Assembly: GCA_034439655.1 (NCBI GenBank)
Contig: JAWXAU010000163.1
Location: 1 to 60,110 of the forward strand
Reading direction: 5' to 3'
DNA from: Bacteroidota bacterium
GTDB taxonomy: Bacteria; Bacteroidota; Bacteroidia; UKL13-3
DNA: 60,110 nt
The notes beneath the pieces are model-generated. The model was not told the origin of the DNA and did no database searches. It was given only the letters and a program-made list of their open reading frames with translations. The translations under genes and the position numbers were made by a program. Positions 38,514 through 47,913 of this stretch are shown piece by piece; position 1 is the stretch's first letter; the number at the start of each line of letters is the position of its first letter.

Positions 38514-39533
38514 ATGCTGCTACAGGTAAATATACCATTGCAATCATTGAACACCTTTGGAATCAATGCTTTTGCTAAATATTTTGTTGAAATAAATACT
38601 ATAGAATCTGCTCAAGAATTCTTTGCCGAAAAGAAATTTGACACAGAAAAGAAACTCATACTGGGCGGTGGCAGCAATATCCTCTTCACGAAAGATTATG
38701 ATGGTATCGTTATCAAAAATAATATTATCGGCATTGAAAAAATACAAGAAGACGAAAGCCATGTATTGCTAAAAGCCAATGCTGGCAGCACTTGGCATCA
38801 ATTAGTATTACACGCTGTTGCAAATAATTGGGGAGGGGTCGAAAACCTTTCACTAATTCCGGGCCTCTGCGGTGCCGCACCCATGCAAAATATTGGTGCC
38901 TACGGTGTGGAGCTCAAAGATGTATTTGAAAGTTTGGAAGCATTGAATATCGAAACCAACCAAATACAAACATTCACACACGCCGATTGTGAGTTTGGCT
39001 ACCGTGAGAGCGTGTTCAAAAACAAACTTAAAAACCAGTTCCTCATCCTTTCCATTACTTTAAAACTAAACAAGAAACCAATATATAATACTTCCTACGG
39101 TGCTATCCAAACCACCTTGGAATATATGGGCATTATTGAACCTACCGTCAAATCCATCAGCGATGCGGTTATCCAAATTCGCAGCAGCAAACTCCCTAAC
39201 CCTGCCGAATTGGGCAATGCAGGTAGCTTTTTCAAAAACCCTGAGATACCCATAGGACAATACGAAAAATTACAACTGCAATACCCTTTATTACCCAATT
39301 ATAAAGGCTCAATACCCAACCATCTAAAAGTGCCCGCAGGTTGGCTTATTGAGCAGTGCGGCTGGAAAGGGAAAGTGGTAGGCAATACAGGTTCACACAA
39401 GTTCCAAGCACTCGTATTGGTAAACTATGGCAATGCTACAGGTGCCGAAATATATAAGCTCGCCCAAGACATCATTGCCAGCGTAAAAGATAAATTTGAT
39501 ATTGTTTTAAAAGCCGAGGTGAATTTGGAATAA
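38514..39533 (+). CDS. murB: UDP-N-acetylenolpyruvoylglucosamine reductase
   Basis: NTFGI, GGGSNILF, GAAPMQNIGAYGVE, GNAGSFFKNP, QALVLVN. ATG 38514 lies 4 nt after TATTTTTG. Confidence 0.97.
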   Translation: MLLQVNIPLQSLNTFGINAFAKYFVEINTIESAQEFFAEKKFDTEKKLILGGGSNILFTKDYDGIVIKNNIIGIEKIQEDESHVLLKANAGSTWHQLVLHAVANNWGGVENLSLIPGLCGAAPMQNIGAYGVELKDVFESLEALNIETNQIQTFTHADCEFGYRESVFKNKLKNQFLILSITLKLNKKPIYNTSYGAIQTTLEYMGIIEPTVKSISDAVIQIRSSKLPNPAELGNAGSFFKNPEIPIGQYEKLQLQYPLLPNYKGSIPNHLKVPAGWLIEQCGWKGKVVGNTGSHKFQALVLVNYGNATGAEIYKLAQDIIASVKDKFDIVLKAEVNLE

Positions 39534-39672
39534 GGAAGCCGCCTAGGTCTCTCTTTGCACTTGACTTCCTCTCTGAGCCTCTTGCAGAGGACGTAGAGGC
39601 TACATCGCATAAACAGACGCTGAGTCCCTGCCACGCTCATACTTCGCTGCAGGAGACTTAGCTGCGAAGGAC

Positions 39673-39745
39673 CTTGCCCAAGATATTATAGCAAGCGTAA
39701 AAAAAAAATTGATATTGATTTAAAGCTGAGGTGAATTTGGAGTAG
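39673..39745 (+). pseudogene. Degenerate second copy of the murB 3' end
   Basis: Aligns codon-by-codon with 39459-39533; mostly synonymous changes plus two 1-bp deletions. Confidence 0.88.
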
Positions 39746-39768
39746 AGACCCTTCCAATGCAACGTCTA
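39742..39768. repeat. Degenerate GTAG-type REP-like element
   Basis: GTAGAGACCCTTCCAATGCAACGTCTA resembles the GTAGAGACGTTGCA..TGCAACGTCT REP type. GTAGAGAC recurs at 47820. Confidence 0.55.
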
Positions 39769-39839
39769 TTTTCGAATACCAATTTAGTGAACTTATTATA
39801 AATCATAATCATTACCTTTGCAAAAATAAACAATAGCTT

Positions 39840-40841
39840 ATGTTGCGTTCAACCTTACTTATTTTCACTATCATATTTTTAAATATGAATACTTCAATAG
39901 GTCAAGTAAACCTCTCAAAAGGTCTGGTAGCTTACTTCCCCTTCGAAGGAAACAGCTTCGATTCTATCAGCCCCAACGCTACCAATAATAATACCGGAGC
40001 CTTGTTAACTCAAAATCGTCAAGGTAGAAAAAGTAAAGCAATGGATTTCCTAGCTTCCAATGAAAACTATATAGACGTTGGAACAAATCTTTCCTATTTT
40101 CCTGTTAGTATTTCTGTATGGATTATGCCCCGATACTGCCCCAATATCGGAGTTATTTTCTCTAATGAATATAATTTATACCAATGGACAACTACCGCAA
40201 TGGAACTTATGCAATTGGCTGATGGCACCATTCGTTTTGGTATGGGAAATTCAAGCAATGGACAATCATATAAATATATTGAATCTGCAAATCAAGTGAA
40301 ATACGATGGTTCCTGGTATCATATCGTGGCAACCTGCGATCAAAATTACAACTGTGAGATTTATATTGATAAAGTACGAGATAGAACAGGCAAATTGTCA
40401 TTGGGCAATTTCGTTACCTGCATCAACAATGCAAATATAGGAGCACGACCTATAGCAGCCTTAGTACAAGGAGGTATGCAGGGCCATTTTTATAATGGAG
40501 TAATGGATGAATTACGTATTTACAATAGAGTGCTTGACACCAGCGATATCGATGCGTTATTCAATCTAGATTCCTCCACACTAGCCGCTGTCCCTTATAT
40601 TGAGACAGCCGAACCAAATATCAATATAACTAAATTAAATGGAATTATAAATATCCTATCTGATCTGCAAATAGAAAAGGTGAAAATATATGATATGATG
40701 GGTAGACAAGTTTACACAAAAACAGTAAATGCTCTTGCTACACAAATAACTGATATGTCAAACCAAAACGGGAACAACTGCTACATTATCGAAATCCTTT
40801 GCAAAAACAATCTGCCCGTTCGCCAAAAAATAATACTGTAG
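39840..40841 (+). CDS. LamG-like jellyroll protein with T9SS CTD
   Basis: GLVAYFPFEGN, WYHIVAT, YNGVMDELRIYNRVL; CTD IYDMMGRQV...YIIEI...KIIL; TACCTTTG at 39813. Confidence 0.87.
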   Translation: MLRSTLLIFTIIFLNMNTSIGQVNLSKGLVAYFPFEGNSFDSISPNATNNNTGALLTQNRQGRKSKAMDFLASNENYIDVGTNLSYFPVSISVWIMPRYCPNIGVIFSNEYNLYQWTTTAMELMQLADGTIRFGMGNSSNGQSYKYIESANQVKYDGSWYHIVATCDQNYNCEIYIDKVRDRTGKLSLGNFVTCINNANIGARPIAALVQGGMQGHFYNGVMDELRIYNRVLDTSDIDALFNLDSSTLAAVPYIETAEPNINITKLNGIINILSDLQIEKVKIYDMMGRQVYTKTVNALATQITDMSNQNGNNCYIIEILCKNNLPVRQKIIL

Positions 40842-40904
40842 TACACATAATGATGCACCCGATGGGGTTTACAAAATATTTTCCTTATGCAGGCCGGTTG
40901 CAAT

Positions 40905-40918
40905 CCGATAATTATCGG
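40905..40918. repeat. Perfect palindrome CCGATAATTATCGG
   Basis: Same family as 5631; sits within CAATCCG...CGGATTG. Confidence 0.8.
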
Positions 40919-41013
40919 GACGGATTGAGTTTCGGTATAAGTTTAAGAATTGCTATTATCCAGACGCGAGCACAGATGGAAGTCGGGTTGAAAAAAACAA
41001 CACAATCTAAAAC

Positions 41014-41046
41014 AAAAAAAGGAGCCTAGTAGTAAAACTAGACCCC
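41014..41046 (-). terminator. Intrinsic terminator of the large T9SS gene
   Basis: Minus strand GGGGTCTAGT/ACTAGGCTCC 10-bp stem with G-U pairs, then T7. Confidence 0.7.
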
Positions 41047-41069
41047 TTTATAATTATTATTGTGGCCAA

Positions 41070-41107
41070 CTATTAACCCCGCCAAGACGGGAGCCATTAA
41101 CCATTAA
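41070..41107. repeat. Heptamer tract (CTATTAA..CCATTAA CCATTAA) interrupted by CCCG-CCAAGA-CGGG
   Basis: Immediately after the 41109 stop; same flanks as the ftsA-ftsZ copy. Confidence 0.75.
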
Positions 41108-41108
41108 C

Positions 41109-44100
41109 TTAGTATTTAATCAACCTAACCGTCGATGACTGTTCGCCTTTGGCTAAGTGGAGAATATAAACACCCGCTGCCTTGTCGCTCAAATCAACTG
41201 TATATATGTTCTTGTTCAAATAAGAAACAGTTACCACGATTTGTTTGCCCGCTATGTCAGTAATATATAATTGTTTCACCTCAACACCCGCTGGCATCTC
41301 AATATTAAACACGCCTTGCGATGGGTTGGGATATACTTTTACTAATAAATTGTTTGTAGTTGCTATGACACCTCCCCAAACTACTGTAGATTTAACTGAC
41401 ATGCCCTTGCAGCCATTTGCATCGGTCACCTCCACAGTATAGTCGCCGTTACTATATACTTTCAGTTTCTGTGTGGTGGCTCCTGTTATGGCTACACCAT
41501 TTTTGTACCATTGATAGGTACTGAACGCCGTTGTAGATAATTCGTTGTTAGGTATGTCCTGTGTGATTGTTGGTACTGGAAGTGGATTTACAAACACATT
41601 CACTGCCGCAGTGGTGGCTTTGCAACCATTATTGTCAGTTATCTTGGCAGTATAAGGGCCAGAAGCTTTTACAAATATCGGATTGGCGGTTGTGGTTAAC
41701 ACATTGGTGTTAAGCATCCAAGAAACGCTGCTGAGACCTGTATTTGTATTGGTTGCAGTAAGACTAACAGAGTCTCCGTTGCATACAGTACTACTGCCCG
41801 CTGCGGTTAATGATGGACTGGGTGCCGTGTGCAAAGACAAGCTTATTGAACTGCTAGAGGTAGCTGTACAACCGCCGTTATTAATCACCTCTGCCGTATA
41901 AGTGCCTGCACCGCTAATATATAAGAATGAGTCAGTTCCTGTACTGATATTATTTCCATTCAATTTCCACTGATAGGTAAATGAACCTGTATCCTGAGGC
42001 GAAACACTTACTCTCATGCTATCACCAGGGCAAATTGTAGAACTTGCGTTACCGTTCAAGGTAGGAATAGTAGGAATTGGTTTGTATGCAACCACCACTG
42101 CTGTCGAGGTGCTTTTACAACCATTGGCATTGGTAACTTTCACGGAATAAGAACCATTGGTAAATACTGTTAAGCTGCTGGCAACTGCTCCACTTATTAC
42201 ATTCCCGTTTTGCATCCACTCATAGGTATAGCTTGCGTTATTGATCGCATCTATATAAACAGTATCCATGCCGCAAGCTGTTGGATTGCCTTTTAGCGTA
42301 ACACTTGCATTTGGCAATGAGTCTATTATAATATTTGCTGCCGCAGATGCTGTTAAACAACCATTTGTATTGGTTATTGATACTTGATAATTACCTGTTG
42401 CTTTTGCATAGTAAACAGAATCTGTAGCACCATTAATGCTAGTTGCGTTCATCCACCATTGGTAAGTTAAACCACTTCCGGGTGTTGTGCTAAGTTTAAG
42501 ACTATCACCCATACATTTGATACCCGTGCCTATATATGAAACATTGGCAGTGGGTCTAGAATATACCGTAAGTTTTGAAGAACTGGAAAGTGCTGCACAA
42601 CCTGATGCCTTATCTTGCACCACTACCATATAAGTGCCCGATGTTTTTGCATAATATATGGAATCGGTAGCACCTTGTATTACTGTATTATTGAACAACC
42701 ATTGGTAGTTATTCGCACTACCACCCTGGGCGGTAAGTGCTGAACTATCGCCTTGGCAGAAAGTAATTTGACCCACGCTAAAAGCCGCGGTGGGGGCGGT
42801 ACCCACTTTTATGGTGATGGTATCTGAATTTAGGTCGCAACCACTATAATAGTTATCTGCAACATTGAGGTAGTAATCTCCAGCTTGTGTAGCATAGAAC
42901 ACCGAGTCGGTGGCACCACTAACAGGAGAACCATTAAAATACCACTGGAAATCGCTGGTATTTTTACTGTCAACGCCCGAGAGTTTGATGGAATCGTTAG
43001 CACATATACTTGTTGTGGGTAGAAATGATAAAATGGGAACTGGGTTAGTTTCATCAAAGCTCAAGTTCTGCAAAGTATCGTTAAAACCATTAGAGTCGTT
43101 GTGGTAACTGATATAAGGTCGGATATAATAAGTGCCAATGTCGGACATGTCGAACTTGTTAGTGATATCAATGGTCATTGCATCCTTAGGGTTAAATTTA
43201 CTACCCGTTACGGCCACAGGACCATAAGTAATTATATTGCTATTTGGGTCGGTCACTTCTGCGGCCACCCATGCAGTATCTTTAGTGAGGTCTATGGTGT
43301 CAATACCCATGTTCTTAATGGAGACTGATATGGTCTGATTGTATCCGCCCAAGCAAGCTACCGCAACGGGCGATAAAAGTTTGTTGAGCGAGAAGTCCTG
43401 CAAGGTCTTGGCGTTATACTCATCTGCACCTATGTCGGGCGTTGTGCTGCTGCGGCTGTCGTCGTCTATGTCTACAGAAACTCCCAGAGCATCACCACGG
43501 TTGTCTAATTGAGTACCCGAGGCATGAAGGTCGGATGCAGAGTAATGGTAAGGGTCGCCGTCAACAGACTGGCCTCCCCCTCCGCTAGGATATGCTACTT
43601 GGTAGTTGGTAGTATTATAACTCTTTGCTCCTAAAAGTACAAGACTTGTATCTGCTGCATTATAATAGTTATTATAGTTTACGCTGTCGGGGAGAGTTGA
43701 GTTTCCTGTGATCTCCATGGCAACTGCGTTTACTGCTTTTGCATTGTTGATGGCAAAAGTATTGTTTTTGAACTGAGTTCTTAACATATAGCCTGTTACA
43801 TAAAGAGCTCTGTGTGAAGACCCGGTGGCCGTAGCTATTGAAACAGTATTGTGAAAATAATTCCAGTAATAACCCTGATTAATATGGATACCGTAAACTA
43901 TGCCAGTACTTGTAAAATTCCCTCCTACCATATTGTTGAACAATTCTCCACGAGCTACATTGCCTCCATATACATATTGAATGAAGATGCCGTACTGGCC
44001 AACATTATTAATAAAGTTGCCTTTTACTTCGTAGTATGCTCCAGATACATTTGAGGTAGCGTTACTGTTATATATATAGATACCTGCAGAATTGTTCGCA

Positions 44101-47100
44101 CTGCCCGAACGGTTCTGTACCTTGTTGTTCAATATTTTTTCAGCATGGCTGCTGGTAGCATATATGCCAGCATAATATGCGTTGCTTATGTCGTTATTTC
44201 TTATATAAGTAATACTTGAAGCTATATTCGAGTTGGAATGAATACCATAATATCCTCCTATTATAATATTGCTGTCAATATAGTTTGCGTCGTTCGAGCC
44301 AGCAGAATTTATAGTGGTGGCATTACCATTAATTACCAATGCGGCAAAATTAGTTCCTGTAGCAGTGGCAGCCGATCCGCTGCATTCTATTTTGCACTTG
44401 GCAAATTTGTTGAAACTTGAGTTCAAAATGTTAACAGCCCATGCATTGCTTCCGCTGCTGGCCTGGATACCCATGTCGCGGAAAGTAACATATTTGGAAG
44501 ATGACAACCTAAGTGTATGAGGTGCGGCTGCCGAGCCAGAAAAGGTAAGTATTGTGCTATCGACACCGTGTCCGATGAAGGTTATAGTATTGGTGCTTGA
44601 AACACCATTCACCACCCCAATTTCTACTTGCTCTGTAAAAGTGTCAGCCGAAACATCGAAAACAACAGCACCATTAATACCGCTGCACATCAATTGAGAA
44701 ACAGCAGACTTGAAAGAAATGAAATTAGTAGTTGATGCCGAATTTTTAGAATTGATTGTGTAATTTCCTGACATTACTACACAAAAAGTTTTTTGAACTG
44801 TATCATTCCAATAAAAAGAATCGCCTGCTCGAGCAGTATACACTTTTATATTATTGGCACCTGAACCTATGGTAATATTATTGGTGAAAGTAACTGTGGC
44901 AGTATCGCATATTTGCAAAGCGGGGCTGAAAGTAAATGTTTCACTATCGGCTGCATTTCCGTTAAGTTTATAATATACTTTTAAACTAGAAACAGAATCG
45001 GATCCGCTATTTTTAATTAAAACAGATAAAGGCTGAGAGCCTGCGGAAACAGGAAATATTGGCGTAAGTAACTGCATAACTGCTATATCAGTTTGAGGTG
45101 CTGAGGTATTTTCATCTGCTCCAATATCTGGAGGATTATTGCGGGTTTGTCCATCTATATCTGAGTTCACACTAAGATTAACACCATCGTTACACACATT
45201 TTTTATATGCAAATCGGTATTGGAAACAAAGGCGGGGACTTCAAAGAACGATGATATACCGGCTCCATTCGGATAAGCCGCAGCAGATAAATTACTAGCT
45301 TGATAATTAGTTCCTCCTATTCGCATCACATTAGAATTTGTGGAATACAATATATTATTATCAAAAGCTGATATAGCATTGTTGTTATTGATATCAGCCG
45401 CATAATTTGCACCACCTGTTTGAGCATTGGCAAGTATATTGTTTCTAAAATCTATGCTATTGGTTCCTCCATATACCGAGAAACAAAAACTATTGGTAGC
45501 AGTACCAGTCATATAAAATGAATTGTGGTAAATTTTCCAATTCTGTCCATACATATTGATGCAACCTGCTGTATTGGTATTATTGAATGCCCCGCCGAAG
45601 AAATTATTAAATATCTCCCCAGAAGTATTCACATTGGGCCCACCTTGAGAGGTAAGTATATATATATGATACTGACCCGTACGCAAAAATATATTTTCTT
45701 TTATTTCATGAAAATAACCACTTGATGGAGTTCCGTTAATTAAATATATACAAGAAGAATTGCTATTTCCTGTAGCAAGTTCAAAAGTATTGCCTATAAT
45801 TTTATTGGTTGAAATACTGCTGCTATTTTGATAAATTCCATAATAATACGCATTCTGCAACTTATTGCGTCTGATATAGTTTACCACAGAACCATTGTTA
45901 CCTGCATGAGTAATATTATAATATCCTCCCGTAATCCTATTGGAATCTATATAATTATTATTACAATTAGATGTTCCTGCAAAAGCAGTTTTGGAGCCGC
46001 TAAACACCACACCTGCAGAATTATTGCTTGTAGTGGCTTTATTTAACTCGAGCACACAACTTCTAACGGTATTGTTATTTGCATTGCTCAAGAACATGGC
46101 CACAGCATAAGTAACTCCCGATGCACGTATTCTCATGTTTCGGAAATTTATATATTGAGAACCTTTTAGTAAAACTGTGTGTGCTGCTCCTGCTACACCA
46201 TCATAAGTTAACATGGTGCTAGTTGTATCCACACCTTCAAAAGTAATAGTATTGGTTGAAGATGTTCCTGAAATTAAGGGTATACTAATTTGTTCGTTAA
46301 ATGTATCTGCTGCTATGTTGAATACAACAGGGCCTGATATGCCGCAATTTGTAAGCTTTACAACCGCATCATTAAAGGTTAGAAAATTAGTGGAACCGCT
46401 GCCATTCGAATCAATCGTATATGACCCACTTAACGGGGTAGTACAAATTACAAAAGTGCGACAAATTGTATCATTATTAGCAGTTTGTGTTCCACCGCCG
46501 TTTACATTGTTCAACCACACTTTTATAGTGTACGTGCCGGCCGTCGAAATATTTAATAATGTATCAAATTTTGCGGTATACATACTATCCGCTGCAATGT
46601 TTAGGCCTGATAATGATTGTGTAACCGCTGCATTATTATCTAATTGATATCCGATATCAACAGAAGTCATATTGGTATCTGTCAAGTTAAACATGGAGAA
46701 ACGAATCGTATCATTACCTACATAAAAACTTGTTGGTGAAACGTGTGCATATGCCAAACCATCTTTGGTAGATGAAGTAACAACAAGTGAATAATCTTCC
46801 TGTTCGCCATATCCAGTACTGCAAGGATTGGGAGAGGAACCGCCGCCAAAATCACCTGTAACTCTTATTCTATATACACCAGCCGCTGTGCCCACAGGTA
46901 TACTAAAAGTGTCTGAAACCACAGCATTGGCTGTAGTGGTGGGCGAAGTCCAAACCAATTCAGGGGCAGAGGTGCTAAAAGTGCCATCTAAGTCCCAATC
47001 AATAAAAATCCTTCCGCGAGTTGAATTACCTGTCCCATTTTTTATGGAGAAATTAATAACTGTGCCTGGTACACCTGATACTGCCATGTGAGTATAGTCA

Positions 47101-47324
47101 AAATAGTTAGGTGAATTACCTGTGGCAGTGGTAGAATTGTTTACTGCAGACCCCAATGTTACGTTTTGTAAACCTATACTATAACCTGCAACATTTGTGG
47201 TGCTTGGGATGCAATAATTAGGCTGTGAATAACACTGTGCCTTTGATTGGGAAAAATTCAATATGAATAACAGCATAAGTGCTACTCTAATGAATCCATT
47301 AATTTTTGTGAATTTTCTTTTCAT
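41109..47324 (-). CDS. 2071-aa T9SS surface protein: GEVED-like, two beta-helix modules, Ig/CARDB-like and PKD-like repeats, T9SS CTD
   Basis: Signal peptide; IFIDWDLDG...GEQEDY; duplicated SG.YTI...NF.....AV..L...GI.G.VVF.V.ADTF.EQ; PDIGADE twice; terminal KVYPNPSQG...GVYILHL...VRLIKY. Confidence 0.88.
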   Translation of the reverse strand: MKRKFTKINGFIRVALMLLFILNFSQSKAQCYSQPNYCIPSTTNVAGYSIGLQNVTLGSAVNNSTTATGNSPNYFDYTHMAVSGVPGTVINFSIKNGTGNSTRGRIFIDWDLDGTFSTSAPELVWTSPTTTANAVVSDTFSIPVGTAAGVYRIRVTGDFGGGSSPNPCSTGYGEQEDYSLVVTSSTKDGLAYAHVSPTSFYVGNDTIRFSMFNLTDTNMTSVDIGYQLDNNAAVTQSLSGLNIAADSMYTAKFDTLLNISTAGTYTIKVWLNNVNGGGTQTANNDTICRTFVICTTPLSGSYTIDSNGSGSTNFLTFNDAVVKLTNCGISGPVVFNIAADTFNEQISIPLISGTSSTNTITFEGVDTTSTMLTYDGVAGAAHTVLLKGSQYINFRNMRIRASGVTYAVAMFLSNANNNTVRSCVLELNKATTSNNSAGVVFSGSKTAFAGTSNCNNNYIDSNRITGGYYNITHAGNNGSVVNYIRRNKLQNAYYYGIYQNSSSISTNKIIGNTFELATGNSNSSCIYLINGTPSSGYFHEIKENIFLRTGQYHIYILTSQGGPNVNTSGEIFNNFFGGAFNNTNTAGCINMYGQNWKIYHNSFYMTGTATNSFCFSVYGGTNSIDFRNNILANAQTGGANYAADINNNNAISAFDNNILYSTNSNVMRIGGTNYQASNLSAAAYPNGAGISSFFEVPAFVSNTDLHIKNVCNDGVNLSVNSDIDGQTRNNPPDIGADENTSAPQTDIAVMQLLTPIFPVSAGSQPLSVLIKNSGSDSVSSLKVYYKLNGNAADSETFTFSPALQICDTATVTFTNNITIGSGANNIKVYTARAGDSFYWNDTVQKTFCVVMSGNYTINSKNSASTTNFISFKSAVSQLMCSGINGAVVFDVSADTFTEQVEIGVVNGVSSTNTITFIGHGVDSTILTFSGSAAAPHTLRLSSSKYVTFRDMGIQASSGSNAWAVNILNSSFNKFAKCKIECSGSAATATGTNFAALVINGNATTINSAGSNDANYIDSNIIIGGYYGIHSNSNIASSITYIRNNDISNAYYAGIYATSSHAEKILNNKVQNRSGSANNSAGIYIYNSNATSNVSGAYYEVKGNFINNVGQYGIFIQYVYGGNVARGELFNNMVGGNFTSTGIVYGIHINQGYYWNYFHNTVSIATATGSSHRALYVTGYMLRTQFKNNTFAINNAKAVNAVAMEITGNSTLPDSVNYNNYYNAADTSLVLLGAKSYNTTNYQVAYPSGGGGQSVDGDPYHYSASDLHASGTQLDNRGDALGVSVDIDDDSRSSTTPDIGADEYNAKTLQDFSLNKLLSPVAVACLGGYNQTISVSIKNMGIDTIDLTKDTAWVAAEVTDPNSNIITYGPVAVTGSKFNPKDAMTIDITNKFDMSDIGTYYIRPYISYHNDSNGFNDTLQNLSFDETNPVPILSFLPTTSICANDSIKLSGVDSKNTSDFQWYFNGSPVSGATDSVFYATQAGDYYLNVADNYYSGCDLNSDTITIKVGTAPTAAFSVGQITFCQGDSSALTAQGGSANNYQWLFNNTVIQGATDSIYYAKTSGTYMVVVQDKASGCAALSSSSKLTVYSRPTANVSYIGTGIKCMGDSLKLSTTPGSGLTYQWWMNATSINGATDSVYYAKATGNYQVSITNTNGCLTASAAANIIIDSLPNASVTLKGNPTACGMDTVYIDAINNASYTYEWMQNGNVISGAVASSLTVFTNGSYSVKVTNANGCKSTSTAVVVAYKPIPTIPTLNGNASSTICPGDSMRVSVSPQDTGSFTYQWKLNGNNISTGTDSFLYISGAGTYTAEVINNGGCTATSSSSISLSLHTAPSPSLTAAGSSTVCNGDSVSLTATNTNTGLSSVSWMLNTNVLTTTANPIFVKASGPYTAKITDNNGCKATTAAVNVFVNPLPVPTITQDIPNNELSTTAFSTYQWYKNGVAITGATTQKLKVYSNGDYTVEVTDANGCKGMSVKSTVVWGGVIATTNNLLVKVYPNPSQGVFNIEMPAGVEVKQLYITDIAGKQIVVTVSYLNKNIYTVDLSDKAAGVYILHLAKGEQSSTVRLIKY

Positions 47325-47913
47325 GTGTGATGGTTGTTAATTTGGATTATTATTAATTTGGAATGCAAATATAGCCAAAGAAACCCCATGGGAAATTATT
47401 TTTCTTGCATTTTAAGGTACAAAAGAAAATTAATCTAAAATAGGTAAGATTGGCATCAAAAAAGCAATAGGAAATCTAACCTTTAATTTATTTATAAAAA
47501 TAGCGTGAAATTATTATTTGAATAACTTGTAAAAATACACTAATAGCTTAACCCCAGTGATAAAAACATTTGGCAGCAAGCCACATTCTAGGCAGCAATT
47601 CAATTATAAATTCTCAGGTTTCGATACATATCTAGCATACTCCTTTTCTAATATGTAAAAAGGATTTATTCAACTGCCCTCAATTATTGATTTTTCGATT
47701 TCCGATTTATCGAGTAATATTCGCAAAAATTTAGTCCATTTCATGTTTTTCGCATTTATATTAATTACAAGTGTTGCTGTAGTATATACTTATACTCGCA
47801 ACTCTGCGGCAATAATGCGGTAGAGACCAATCAATCAAGTTTAAATGTTCCGCAGTTTTATAAATATTCGCAGGAATATATGATGGCAAATTGTCCTTTT
47901 TCATAATAATTTA

